From Candidatus Arthromitus sp. SFB-rat-Yit (GTDB taxonomy: Bacteria > Bacillota > Clostridia > Clostridiales > Clostridiaceae): a DNA stretch of 32,000 nucleotides. Position 1 is the stretch's first letter. The number at the start of each line of letters is the position of its first letter. The stretch lies in NCBI RefSeq assembly GCF_000283555.1, contig NC_016012.1, positions 510,001-542,000 of the forward strand, in the 5' to 3' direction. Made by a program: the position numbers and the translations under genes. Positions 20,333-28,645 of this stretch are shown here, in pieces. The notes beneath the pieces are model-generated. The model was not told the origin of the DNA. It saw only the letters and a program-made list of their open reading frames with translations, and did not search any database.

Positions 20333-20360
20333 CTTTACTTATTGGGCTACTCTTTTATTT
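20327..20360 (+). terminator. Rho-independent terminator overlapping the 3' end of rpoD
   Basis: GAGTAGC ... GCTACTC stem followed by TTTTATTTT. The stem includes the rpoD stop codon. Confidence 0.75.
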
Positions 20361-20397
20361 TAATAAATTTTGAATAAAGGAATGAGATAATAAGATT

Positions 20398-21102
20398 ATG
20401 AAGCTAAGCAATAGAATAAGACATATAATTAATATGTGTGAATATAATAAAACTATTATAGATGTAGGTTGTGATCATGGATATATATCTATTGGATTAT
20501 TGAATTTTAATAAATGTTTAAAGTGCTATGCTGTAGATATTAATAGAGAGCCACTTAATATTGCTATGAAAAATATAAAAAAATACAGTCTAGATAGTAA
20601 AGTAGAATGTATTTTATCAGATGGATTTAGATGGTTTGATAATTTAGAAAATTTAAGTGCGATAATTGCTGGAATGGGAGGAACTACGATAGCATCTATA
20701 ATAGATAGAGATTTGGATAAAATTCGACATATGAATTATATTTTGATTCAACCTAATGCTTATTCTAAAGATATAAGAAAATATTTGTACGAGAAACAAT
20801 TCCATGTAGAAAAGGAAGATGTTATTTATAGCAAAGGAATATATTATGAGTATATACTAATTTTTCCTAAACAACAAGAAAATTTAAATAAAGAATATAT
20901 TAATTTTTTAATGTGTTTTGATTATGATATACCACTATGTGTTTTTGATAATATAGGAGGTAAATATAATGATTTTATAAAACATAAGATAAATAAGTAT
21001 AATAATATATTAATCAATTTAAATGAAAGTAAACTATCAACTAAATATAAATACGAAATATTTAGTAACAGGATTAAAATACTTAAAGGAGTTTTGGTAT
21101 GA
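20398..21102 (+). CDS. trmK: tRNA (adenine(22)-N(1))-methyltransferase family (TrmK/YqfN)
   Basis: SAM motif TIIDVGCDHGYISIGLLNFNKCLKCYAVDINREPL, DGFRWF and IAGMGGTTIASIID. Position between rpoD and the Nif3-like gene is canonical. Confidence 0.9.
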   Translation: MKLSNRIRHIINMCEYNKTIIDVGCDHGYISIGLLNFNKCLKCYAVDINREPLNIAMKNIKKYSLDSKVECILSDGFRWFDNLENLSAIIAGMGGTTIASIIDRDLDKIRHMNYILIQPNAYSKDIRKYLYEKQFHVEKEDVIYSKGIYYEYILIFPKQQENLNKEYINFLMCFDYDIPLCVFDNIGGKYNDFIKHKINKYNNILINLNESKLSTKYKYEIFSNRIKILKGVLV

Positions 21103-21905
21103 AGATTTATGAATTTATTAATAAATTAGAGATGTTGGTTCCAACTAATTTAGCATTATCATATGATAATGTTGGTTTATTAGTTGGGAATTTGGAAAGC
21201 GATATTTCTGGGGTATATATTTCATTAGATATTAATGAAACTATAATTAATAAGGTTTTGGAATTTAAAATAAATACTATTATAACTCATCATCCGGTTA
21301 TATTTAATTCGATTAAAAACTTGAATTATTCGTGTGATAATATTGATATAGTGAGATGTATAAAACATGATATTAACGTTATATCATACCATACTAACTT
21401 GGATATGATACATAATGGTATAAATGATGAATTAATTAATATATTAGAATTTAAATATGATAATATATCTGTTTTAGAAAAAAGTAAAATTTATCCTAAT
21501 TTAGGTATAGGTAGAATTATAGATTTATCTGAAAGTTTGGATATTAATACAATTATAGATAAAATTAGAAAAAATTTATACATAAATAATATGAGATTAG
21601 TAAATAATAGAAATTGTAAAATGGATAGGATAAAAAGGATATGTATTATCAATGGTTCAGGAAATAGTTTAATTAAGTTATGTTATTACAAGAATATAGA
21701 TTTGGTTATTACTGGAGATATTACATACCATACAGCTTTTGAAGCACATAAAAAAAACTTATCTATATTGGATATTGGTCATTTTAATTCGGAAAATTTT
21801 GCCTATATGAATGTAATCAAAAAAATATTTAAAACTTTGGATTTAGATAGTAGTTTAAATATAATTTATGATCAAGTTTTAACGGATGTTTATAAATATA
21901 TTTAG
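21099..21905 (+). CDS. Nif3-like dinuclear metal center hexameric protein (YqfO)
   Basis: LALSYDNVGLLVGNLESDISGVYISLDI, TIITHHPVIFNSIKNL, ITGDITYHTAFEAHKKNLSILDIGHFNSE. ATGA overlap with trmK. Confidence 0.9.
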   Translation: MKIYEFINKLEMLVPTNLALSYDNVGLLVGNLESDISGVYISLDINETIINKVLEFKINTIITHHPVIFNSIKNLNYSCDNIDIVRCIKHDINVISYHTNLDMIHNGINDELINILEFKYDNISVLEKSKIYPNLGIGRIIDLSESLDINTIIDKIRKNLYINNMRLVNNRNCKMDRIKRICIINGSGNSLIKLCYYKNIDLVITGDITYHTAFEAHKKNLSILDIGHFNSENFAYMNVIKKIFKTLDLDSSLNIIYDQVLTDVYKYI

Positions 21906-21917
21906 AGTACAGGAGGT

Positions 21918-22658
21918 ATGGTGAATAAGAATTTATATGTAAGGATAGCATTTTTTTTATTTGGATTTATGTTATTGTTAAATATAGTAGATAATTTTGT
22001 TGGTTATAGTGCTGAGTATAATATTAAAAAATTTATGTTGTATGAATCAAAATATTTAAATTTTGATTATACACGTAATTATATAACACTAAGTATTAAA
22101 AATAATAATGAGGAAAGTAAATTTGGATTAATATTCTCCCCTGGTGCATTTATTAAGGAAGATGCATATTTGCCTATTTTATCTGAATTGTCAAAGAGGG
22201 GTATTAAAGTATATATACTTAAATCTAGTCTATTTGGTATGGGTGATGTGAATTCTATATTACTTAAATCCAATATTAAGAATTATATTTTGGTAGGACA
22301 TTCTTTGGGGGGAAGTAAGCTACTTAATTATTTAAAACAAGAGAATCATTATTCACAGTTAGTAAAAGGTGTTGTATTGCTATCTTCTTATGGGAGAAAT
22401 AGTCAAGATTTTTCTGATAGTAATATAAAGTTCATTTCTGTCGTTGGAAGTGATGATAAAATAATTAATTTTGAAAAGTATGAAAATTATAAAAATAATT
22501 TACCAAGTAGCACTAAATATTTATATATAGAGGGTGGAAATCATTCTTATTTTGGTAATTATGGTTTACAATACGGTGATTCTGAAGGGTTAATTAGTCG
22601 TGAATTTCAACAATTTATTGTAATAAGGGAAATATTAAAATTATTAGAGGAGATATAA
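21918..22658 (+). CDS. Membrane-anchored alpha/beta hydrolase
   Basis: N-terminal TM (YVRIAFFLFGFMLLLNIVDNFV), nucleophile elbow LVGHSLGGSK, late His in EGGNHSYFGNYG and Asp in VVGSDDKI. Confidence 0.75.
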   Translation: MVNKNLYVRIAFFLFGFMLLLNIVDNFVGYSAEYNIKKFMLYESKYLNFDYTRNYITLSIKNNNEESKFGLIFSPGAFIKEDAYLPILSELSKRGIKVYILKSSLFGMGDVNSILLKSNIKNYILVGHSLGGSKLLNYLKQENHYSQLVKGVVLLSSYGRNSQDFSDSNIKFISVVGSDDKIINFEKYENYKNNLPSSTKYLYIEGGNHSYFGNYGLQYGDSEGLISREFQQFIVIREILKLLEEI

Positions 22659-22690
22659 TTTTATTAGAATTATATCTCCATTTTATTAAT
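22649..22690 (+). terminator. Rho-independent terminator overlapping the end of the hydrolase CDS
   Basis: 12-bp perfect stem GGAGATATAATT-TTATTAG-AATTATATCTCC followed by ATTTTATT. Confidence 0.7.
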
Positions 22691-22731
22691 ATACTTTAAA
22701 AATAAATTTTGTTATTGGAGTATAGTTATTT

Positions 22732-23124
22732 ATGAGTAATGTTTCAAATATTAGAAGTGAAATAGAGAATATTGTGAGATATGTTTATGTTAATATTTTA
22801 AAATTAAATATTAATAATGATACTTTGAATTTATGGGTTAATAGATTAACATCAAAACAGGTAACTCTATATGATTTTTTATACACAGTTATATCTCCTA
22901 GTATAAATTCATTATCTATTTCAACTTTAATTCAAAATCTTTATATTGGGATATTAGGAAAGTATATTAGTACGAGTAAGAAGTCGGAGTTAGTTTCTAT
23001 TTATAATAATGAATTAAGAATATATGGGAATAAGAAACGTGCATTTAAGAAAGTTTTGTTGAATTTTATTAATGATGATTCTTTGAATAAATATTGTAAT
23101 AGATTGGGAATAAAAATTAAATAA
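22732..23124 (+). CDS. Small protein with DUF4214-like sequence
   Basis: IVRYVYVNILKLNINNDTLNLWVNRLTSK...LIQNLYIGILGKY resembles the DUF4214 pattern of (F/L)V..LY..(V/I)LGR...GL..WV..L. Confidence 0.45.
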   Translation: MSNVSNIRSEIENIVRYVYVNILKLNINNDTLNLWVNRLTSKQVTLYDFLYTVISPSINSLSISTLIQNLYIGILGKYISTSKKSELVSIYNNELRIYGNKKRAFKKVLLNFINDDSLNKYCNRLGIKIK

Positions 23125-23133
23125 ATTTATTTT

Positions 23134-23170
23134 AGGATTTATCTTTTATTATAAGATAAATCCTTTTTAT
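23134..23170 (+). terminator. Rho-independent terminator
   Basis: AGGATTTATCTT-TTATTAT-AAGATAAATCCT perfect 12-bp stem followed by TTTTTAT. Confidence 0.85.
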
Positions 23171-23199
23171 TTGATTTAATATAATTAATTTGGTAGAAT
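23171..23199 (+). promoter_or_regulatory. SigA-type promoter for rnpB
   Basis: -35 TTGATT (23171-23176), 17-bp spacer, -10 TAGAAT (23194-23199), placed ~6 nt before the inferred 5' end of RNase P RNA. Confidence 0.75.
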
Positions 23200-23204
23200 G
23201 TATG

Positions 23205-23545
23205 TGGAGTAAGTCAGACAATCGCTGCTCATTTTTATTGAGGAGAGGAAAGTCCGAGCTCCATAGGGCAGGGTGCTTGGTAACACCAAGTGGAGGCGAC
23301 TCTAAGGAAAGTGCAACAGAAATAAACCGCCTAAGTTTTTAGGTAAGGATGGAAAGGCGAGGTAAGAGCTCACCAGCAGTATGGTGACATACTGGCTATG
23401 TAAACCCCACCTGGAGCAAGACTGAATAGGATAGCATATAAAGTTGCCCGCTTTGCTATCGGGTATGTCGCTTGAGTCTATCGGTGACGGTAGACCTAGA
23501 TAGATGATTGTCTAATACAGAACTCGGCTTATAGATTTGCTCTGT
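23205..23545 (+). ncRNA. rnpB: RNase P RNA, bacterial class A
   Basis: Conserved GAGGAAAGTCCGAGCTCCATAGGGCAGGGTGC...GGTAACACC, AAACCCCACCTGGAGCAAG and ACAGAACTCGGCTTATAG. P1 helix GGAGTAAGTC/GATTTGCTCT and AGACAATC/GATTGTCT pairing are present. Confidence 0.95.
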
Positions 23546-23601
23546 TTTTAATGATACTTTTGGATTGATTTATTTATTCAAGTGGTATCGGATAAAAAGA
23601 T

Positions 23602-23640
23602 CACACAATATGATGTAATGTCTGTTGTGTGGTATTTTTT
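23602..23640 (+). terminator. Possible terminator downstream of rnpB
   Basis: CACACAATA (23602-23610) pairs with TGTTGTGTG (23623-23631), followed by GTATTTTTT. Confidence 0.5.
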
Positions 23641-23997
23641 GTAGTTGGTTATATTTAATTTGGTACATTTTTATACCTCTATAAAGTTATTTGTGAATTC
23701 AATCGATGTATCTTATTAAGGTTTATGTATTTAATTGGGTCTATGGGAGTTTATGCAATGTAATTGACATTACATAAAAAACAAAATAGTATTGGATATG
23801 CAAATTATGCTTATGGGGTGATAATAGGTGAATGTGTCGGAGATGACATATGCATGGGTAACTGGTTCGGATAAAAATGGACAAGTTTTAATTTTGAATA
23901 AGTGTAGCAGTATTTTTAGAATTAATTCAAAAGATATGCACTTTTTCATTTGATAAATTTATGGGTATAGTGTAGGGGAAAAGGGTGGTGATGCTAG

Positions 23998-25398
23998 TTG
24001 AAAAAGATAGCTTTTTTTTGTATTCCTGCTCATGGTCATACAAATCCAATGCTACCAGTTGCGGAAGAATTGGTAAAACGTGGTAATATAGTGAGATTTT
24101 ATTCATTTAATGAATTTAAAGATAAGATTATATCGACTGGTGCAGAATTTATATCTTGTGATTCATACTTGCCAAAATTAACGGAAAGAGAAGAATTAAG
24201 AATTAGAAATGCATCAGTTACTGAAATGATAATACATGGTATTCGTATCTCGATTAGTATAAATAGTTTTCTTGATGATGAGTTTAATACTTTTCGACCA
24301 GATATTGTATACACAGATTCATTTTGTTTTTGGGGAAAATTGTATGCTTGGAAGCATAATTTGCCGATGGTTGTATCTACTAGTACATTTGCATTTAATC
24401 AAATGTCTTGCCGATATATTAAAAATACGTTTAAAGAGATAGTAAATGTGGTTTTTGGAATTCAAAGGGTTTTTCGTGAATTTAGAAAACTTTGTTTATC
24501 TAATTATAATGTGAAAAAAGTATTTTCCCTTGTTGTAAGTGACAATCAAACAGATACTATTGTTTATACATCACGAAGTTTTCAGCCATATCTGGAGAGT
24601 TTTTCTGATCGATATGCATTTGTTGGCCCTTCTATATTTTCAAAAATTGAACCTAATAAAGAGAAGACTAGACCACTTGTTTACATTTCTATGGGAACAA
24701 TAGTTAATTATAAATTAGATTTTTATATTAAATGTATAGAGGCTTTGAAAACTCAAAATTTTGATGTTATTATATCATGCGGGAATACTATAAATCCTGA
24801 AAATTTTGGTATATTACCAGATAATATTAAGATCTATACTTTTGTTGATCAGCTTGACATCCTTTCTAAGGCGGATGTGTTTATAACCCATTGTGGGATG
24901 AATAGTGTTTCAGAGAGTTTATATATGGCTACTCCTATGGTTCTTTATCCTCAAACGATGGAGCAACACGCTGTAGCAAGAAGGACACTAGAGATAGGTG
25001 CTGGAGTTATGCTTATTGATGATTCAAGTGATGGAATTTGTTTAGCTGTTAGTGAAATTTTAAATAATATTAAGTATGGTGTAGCAGCAAGAGAATGTAG
25101 TGTAGATTTTAGATCCTGTTCAGGAATAAATGGAGCTGCATATTTCATAGAAAATGCACCACATTCTTCTAATGGTGTTGATATTATTAGAAAGCTTAAT
25201 ATAGCAGGGTTTATATTTCAACTTATATATTGGATTTTAATTATCATTGTAATTAGTTTTATTGGTTTTCTTATTAGTTGGAAGTATGTTTGGGTTATTC
25301 CTATAACTGCTATTATATTATCTATGCCAATAAGTAAACAGTTACAAAAAATTAAATACGCTTCACTTGTTAAAAAGATAAGTGTACAAAGAAAATAG
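23998..25398 (+). CDS. MGT-family (macrolide/UGT-like) glycosyltransferase with C-terminal transmembrane segments
   Basis: N-term KKIAFFCIPAHGHTNPMLPVAEELVKRG and donor-binding ADVFITHCGMNSVSESLYMATPMVLYPQTMEQHAVARR. C-terminal hydrophobic hairpin FIFQLIYWILIIIVISFIGFLISWKYVWVIPITAIILSM. TTG start. Confidence 0.88.
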   Translation: MKKIAFFCIPAHGHTNPMLPVAEELVKRGNIVRFYSFNEFKDKIISTGAEFISCDSYLPKLTEREELRIRNASVTEMIIHGIRISISINSFLDDEFNTFRPDIVYTDSFCFWGKLYAWKHNLPMVVSTSTFAFNQMSCRYIKNTFKEIVNVVFGIQRVFREFRKLCLSNYNVKKVFSLVVSDNQTDTIVYTSRSFQPYLESFSDRYAFVGPSIFSKIEPNKEKTRPLVYISMGTIVNYKLDFYIKCIEALKTQNFDVIISCGNTINPENFGILPDNIKIYTFVDQLDILSKADVFITHCGMNSVSESLYMATPMVLYPQTMEQHAVARRTLEIGAGVMLIDDSSDGICLAVSEILNNIKYGVAARECSVDFRSCSGINGAAYFIENAPHSSNGVDIIRKLNIAGFIFQLIYWILIIIVISFIGFLISWKYVWVIPITAIILSMPISKQLQKIKYASLVKKISVQRK

Positions 25399-25402
25399 TT
25401 AT

Positions 25403-25439
25403 AAAAAACCACTCCATATATATTATGGAGTGGTTTTTG
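25403..25439. terminator. Bidirectional rho-independent terminator between convergent genes
   Basis: AAAAACCACTCCATA-TATAT-TATGGAGTGGTTTTT long perfect stem with A and T flanks. Confidence 0.9.
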
Positions 25440-25454
25440 ATTTTTTAGAAATAT

Positions 25455-26840
25455 TTAATAGGATAATTCTCTTTTGTATATTCTTAATATTTCATTTTTT
25501 TCATTTTCTAATCTTGTTTTAATTCCATTATATAGTGATACTATACCTGGATTTGAACTATTTGGAGGATAAGACTTTGATATTATGTTTAATCTTTCTG
25601 TGTATATTGATTCTATAATTGATTCTATTGATGAGTCTAGTGATATTTTTTTTATGATATTTACTGTACCGCTAGCTCCATGTTGTACTGATGTAGACCA
25701 TAGCATGTTTGATACTGAAGAATAGTTCAGTAAATAATCTATGTTTATATTATTTTTATTAGCAATTTTTATCAATGAATCATAGTAATTTCTTTTTATA
25801 AATAGTCTTTGCATTTCATAGAAATCTTCATATCTATTAGATGCAATTTCCTTCCATGCATATATAAAGTTTGATTCGAAATTTCCATTGTCATTTTGTT
25901 TGGCTTTGATTAATTTGTCGTATATTTCGCCATCTTTATCTTTTATAAATTCTAAAAATTCATCTACTGAGCCTGCCTTACTAGATAATTGCCAAACGCC
26001 AAATGATGTACCGCCCTTATCATTTGGGTTTAATCCAATAGCTCCAGGATCTCCATTAGATTCTTCTCTAGCTGATATATAACCAAGTTGTGATTGATTC
26101 ATATCATCTTGAATTATATCTATGTAGCTTGGGATATATCCTGTTTTTAGATTGTTATTTGTATCGTAATATAAAACGTTGTAAAATCCATTTTTAATTT
26201 CAGATACTTCTAGTAAAGTTCCTTCAGGGATCGTTATTTCTGTTCTTGCACTCATATTTGGCTCACTTCTTAAGTTGACATTTGCTCTGGTAACACCAAT
26301 TATTTTTTTGAAATTTAAATTTTTATTGTAGACTATATTTCCATTTTTGGATATTACAATAGAATTATCTAATGATGATGCAGAATTTACGGCGTCACGC
26401 AAAGATTTTGAAGATGTATTTGGTTCGTTATCAGAGTATACAAAATAATTAGTGTTATCCCATACTATAAAATCGTTATATTTGACTACCCCATTATTTT
26501 TGGAAGCTAGTGATATAGCATTTATTAAATTGTTTTTTGAAAAGCTATCTAAAGACATTCCATTTGAGTCGTATGCTGTAAATATTGCTTCAGAATCTTG
26601 ACTAGAAGGTATTTGTTTAGCGATTGTAGCTATATCTAATGCGTCAACTAATCCATCATCGTTTACATCATACTGTTTTTTATTAGAGCCTATATGGGAT
26701 CCTATTATTTGTAGGTCTATGTGATTTATAACACCATCATTGTTCACATCAATATTTTTAGCAAAAGTTAAAGCGCTTGGAGTAAAAAATAAATAGAATA
26801 TGTATGATAAAATTAGCTGTTTTATATTTAGTTTTAACAA
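25455..26840 (-). CDS. Secreted protein with dockerin type I-like repeats, SH3b-like domain and lysozyme-like C-terminus
   Basis: Signal peptide. DVNNDGVINHIDLQIIGSHIG and DVNDDGLVDALDIATIAKQI (two Ca-binding dockerin-like repeats). VTRANVNLRSEPNMSARTEITIPEGTLLEV (SH3b). SAREESNGDPGAIGLNPNDKGGTSFGVWQLSS. TTG start with a GGAGG SD. Confidence 0.7.
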   Translation of the reverse strand: MLKLNIKQLILSYIFYLFFTPSALTFAKNIDVNNDGVINHIDLQIIGSHIGSNKKQYDVNDDGLVDALDIATIAKQIPSSQDSEAIFTAYDSNGMSLDSFSKNNLINAISLASKNNGVVKYNDFIVWDNTNYFVYSDNEPNTSSKSLRDAVNSASSLDNSIVISKNGNIVYNKNLNFKKIIGVTRANVNLRSEPNMSARTEITIPEGTLLEVSEIKNGFYNVLYYDTNNNLKTGYIPSYIDIIQDDMNQSQLGYISAREESNGDPGAIGLNPNDKGGTSFGVWQLSSKAGSVDEFLEFIKDKDGEIYDKLIKAKQNDNGNFESNFIYAWKEIASNRYEDFYEMQRLFIKRNYYDSLIKIANKNNINIDYLLNYSSVSNMLWSTSVQHGASGTVNIIKKISLDSSIESIIESIYTERLNIISKSYPPNSSNPGIVSLYNGIKTRLENEKNEILRIYKRELSY

Positions 26841-27042
26841 CGAATTTACCTCCTTAGTTGTTTATAAATTAATATTATCTACAAAAAAAGTTAAAAAAAT
26901 TTAAATTATTATTACTAAAACACCAAGAATTTGTAAGCAAATAAAATAATTGTATATTAATTTTAATTAGATAAATTAGTTGTATTTATATTGATGTGAA
27001 TTCTATAAAACAATTATATTGTTTGTAATTTTGATAGTATTT

Positions 27043-28497
27043 TCAAATATATTTATTTGAGTATTTGTTCAATAAATTTTGATGATTATTCCAAAGTTCT
27101 TGAGATAAATCTACAAAATAATTTTGTGGATTTTCAATCCTAGTAATTTCTGGCCATAATTTGGAAAATTCTCTATTTTTAATTTCATGTATTTCCATAA
27201 CACTAGGGGAACTATATACACAAATTCCTTTATCAAATATTTTTTTGTGTAATTTTATTGCATAGAAATCAGTTATGATTTTTTTCTTCCATGTGAAGTT
27301 TGGATCAAATATAGTAAGTGGTTTTGTTTCATCTATTACATCATCGAAGTTTGTTATGAGGTCTGCTATTGCCATATTGGTTTTAGAGTCAAATAATCTA
27401 TAAACTGTTTTGAGTCCTGAAATAGTAATTTTATCATGGTTTTCACTGATTTTAATTTTTGGAATAAGAACGTCATTTTTGTATAATGCACAAAGCTTGT
27501 ATACCCCTCCTAAAATAGGTTCGCTTTTAGAGGTTATAAGTCTTTCTCCAACACCAAACATATCTACTTCTGCACCTTCAGATAAAACATTTGCTATTAT
27601 ATTCTCGTCCAATGAGTTTGAAACTATTATTTTAACTTCCTGGAGCCCTTCGCTATCTAATATTTTTCTTGCCTTTTTGGTTAAATAAGTTATATCGCCG
27701 CTATCAATTCTAATTCCGAGAATTCTATCATTATTTTTAGGGAGTTCTTTAAATACCTTTATTGCATTTGGTAGTCCTGATTTTAAAACGTTATAAGTAT
27801 CAATTAATAGAACACAATTTTGAGGTGAATATTTAGCCCATGTTTTGAATGCTTCGTATTCTGAATCAAATATTTGAATCCAGCTATGAGCCATAGTGCC
27901 AAATGAAGGTATGTTGAATTTTTTTTCTGATATTGTACATGAAGTTGCGACACATCCACCTATTATAGAGGCTCTTGCACCATAAATAGCTCCACTATAT
28001 CCTTGTGCTCTTCTAGAGCCAAACTCTAAAACACTTTTACCATTAGCTGCAGTGCAAATTCTGCTAGCTTTTGTTGATATTAGTATCTGATGATTTAGTG
28101 TTAATAGAAGAATAGTTTCAATCATTAAACATTCTAAAATGGGTCCTTTAACTGTAACGATAGGTTCTTTTGGGAAAATTGGGAATCCTTCCTCAATCGC
28201 ATATACATCACAGGAAAATTTAAAATTTTTAAGGTAGTTTAGGAATTTTTCATCAAATAAATTTTTGGATTCCAGGAATTTTATATCTTCTGGTGTGAAT
28301 TTCAAATTTTTTATAAATGTAATAAATTGATCTAAGCCTGCCATTATGCAGTACCCACCATTATCTGGTATTTTTCTGAAAAACATGTCAAAACAAGCTA
28401 TTACACCCTTTTGATCATCTAAAAAAAGGTTGTTGGCCATTGTTAGCTCATAAAAATCTACTAGTAATGATAAATTAATCTCATTATTTTCAAACAT
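27043..28497 (-). CDS. pncB: Nicotinate phosphoribosyltransferase
   Basis: LLVDFYELTMANNLFLDDQKG, SVLEFGSRRAQGYSGAIYGARASIIGG, GTMAHSWIQIFDSEYEAFKTWAK, GIRIDSGDITYLTKKARKILD, MFGVGERLITSKSEPILGGVYKL. Confidence 0.95.
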   Translation of the reverse strand: MFENNEINLSLLVDFYELTMANNLFLDDQKGVIACFDMFFRKIPDNGGYCIMAGLDQFITFIKNLKFTPEDIKFLESKNLFDEKFLNYLKNFKFSCDVYAIEEGFPIFPKEPIVTVKGPILECLMIETILLLTLNHQILISTKASRICTAANGKSVLEFGSRRAQGYSGAIYGARASIIGGCVATSCTISEKKFNIPSFGTMAHSWIQIFDSEYEAFKTWAKYSPQNCVLLIDTYNVLKSGLPNAIKVFKELPKNNDRILGIRIDSGDITYLTKKARKILDSEGLQEVKIIVSNSLDENIIANVLSEGAEVDMFGVGERLITSKSEPILGGVYKLCALYKNDVLIPKIKISENHDKITISGLKTVYRLFDSKTNMAIADLITNFDDVIDETKPLTIFDPNFTWKKKIITDFYAIKLHKKIFDKGICVYSSPSVMEIHEIKNREFSKLWPEITRIENPQNYFVDLSQELWNNHQNLLNKYSNKYI

Positions 28498-28645
28498 TTA
28501 ATAAACACATCCTAAAAAATATTATAAATAAGATAGTAATTGCAAACATGAAAATTTTCAATAATAACTATAATATTTATTAAAAATTGTTTAAAATTAG
28601 TTTTTTTTGGAATAATTTTAAAAAAAAGGAATTAGGGGTGATTTT

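Noticed and set aside
25888-26082. + strand 64-aa ORF
   Set aside because: Antisense to the secreted dockerin/lysozyme-like gene, with no supporting signals.
27410-27688. + strand 92-aa ORF antisense to pncB
   Set aside because: Shadow ORF of a motif-confirmed gene.
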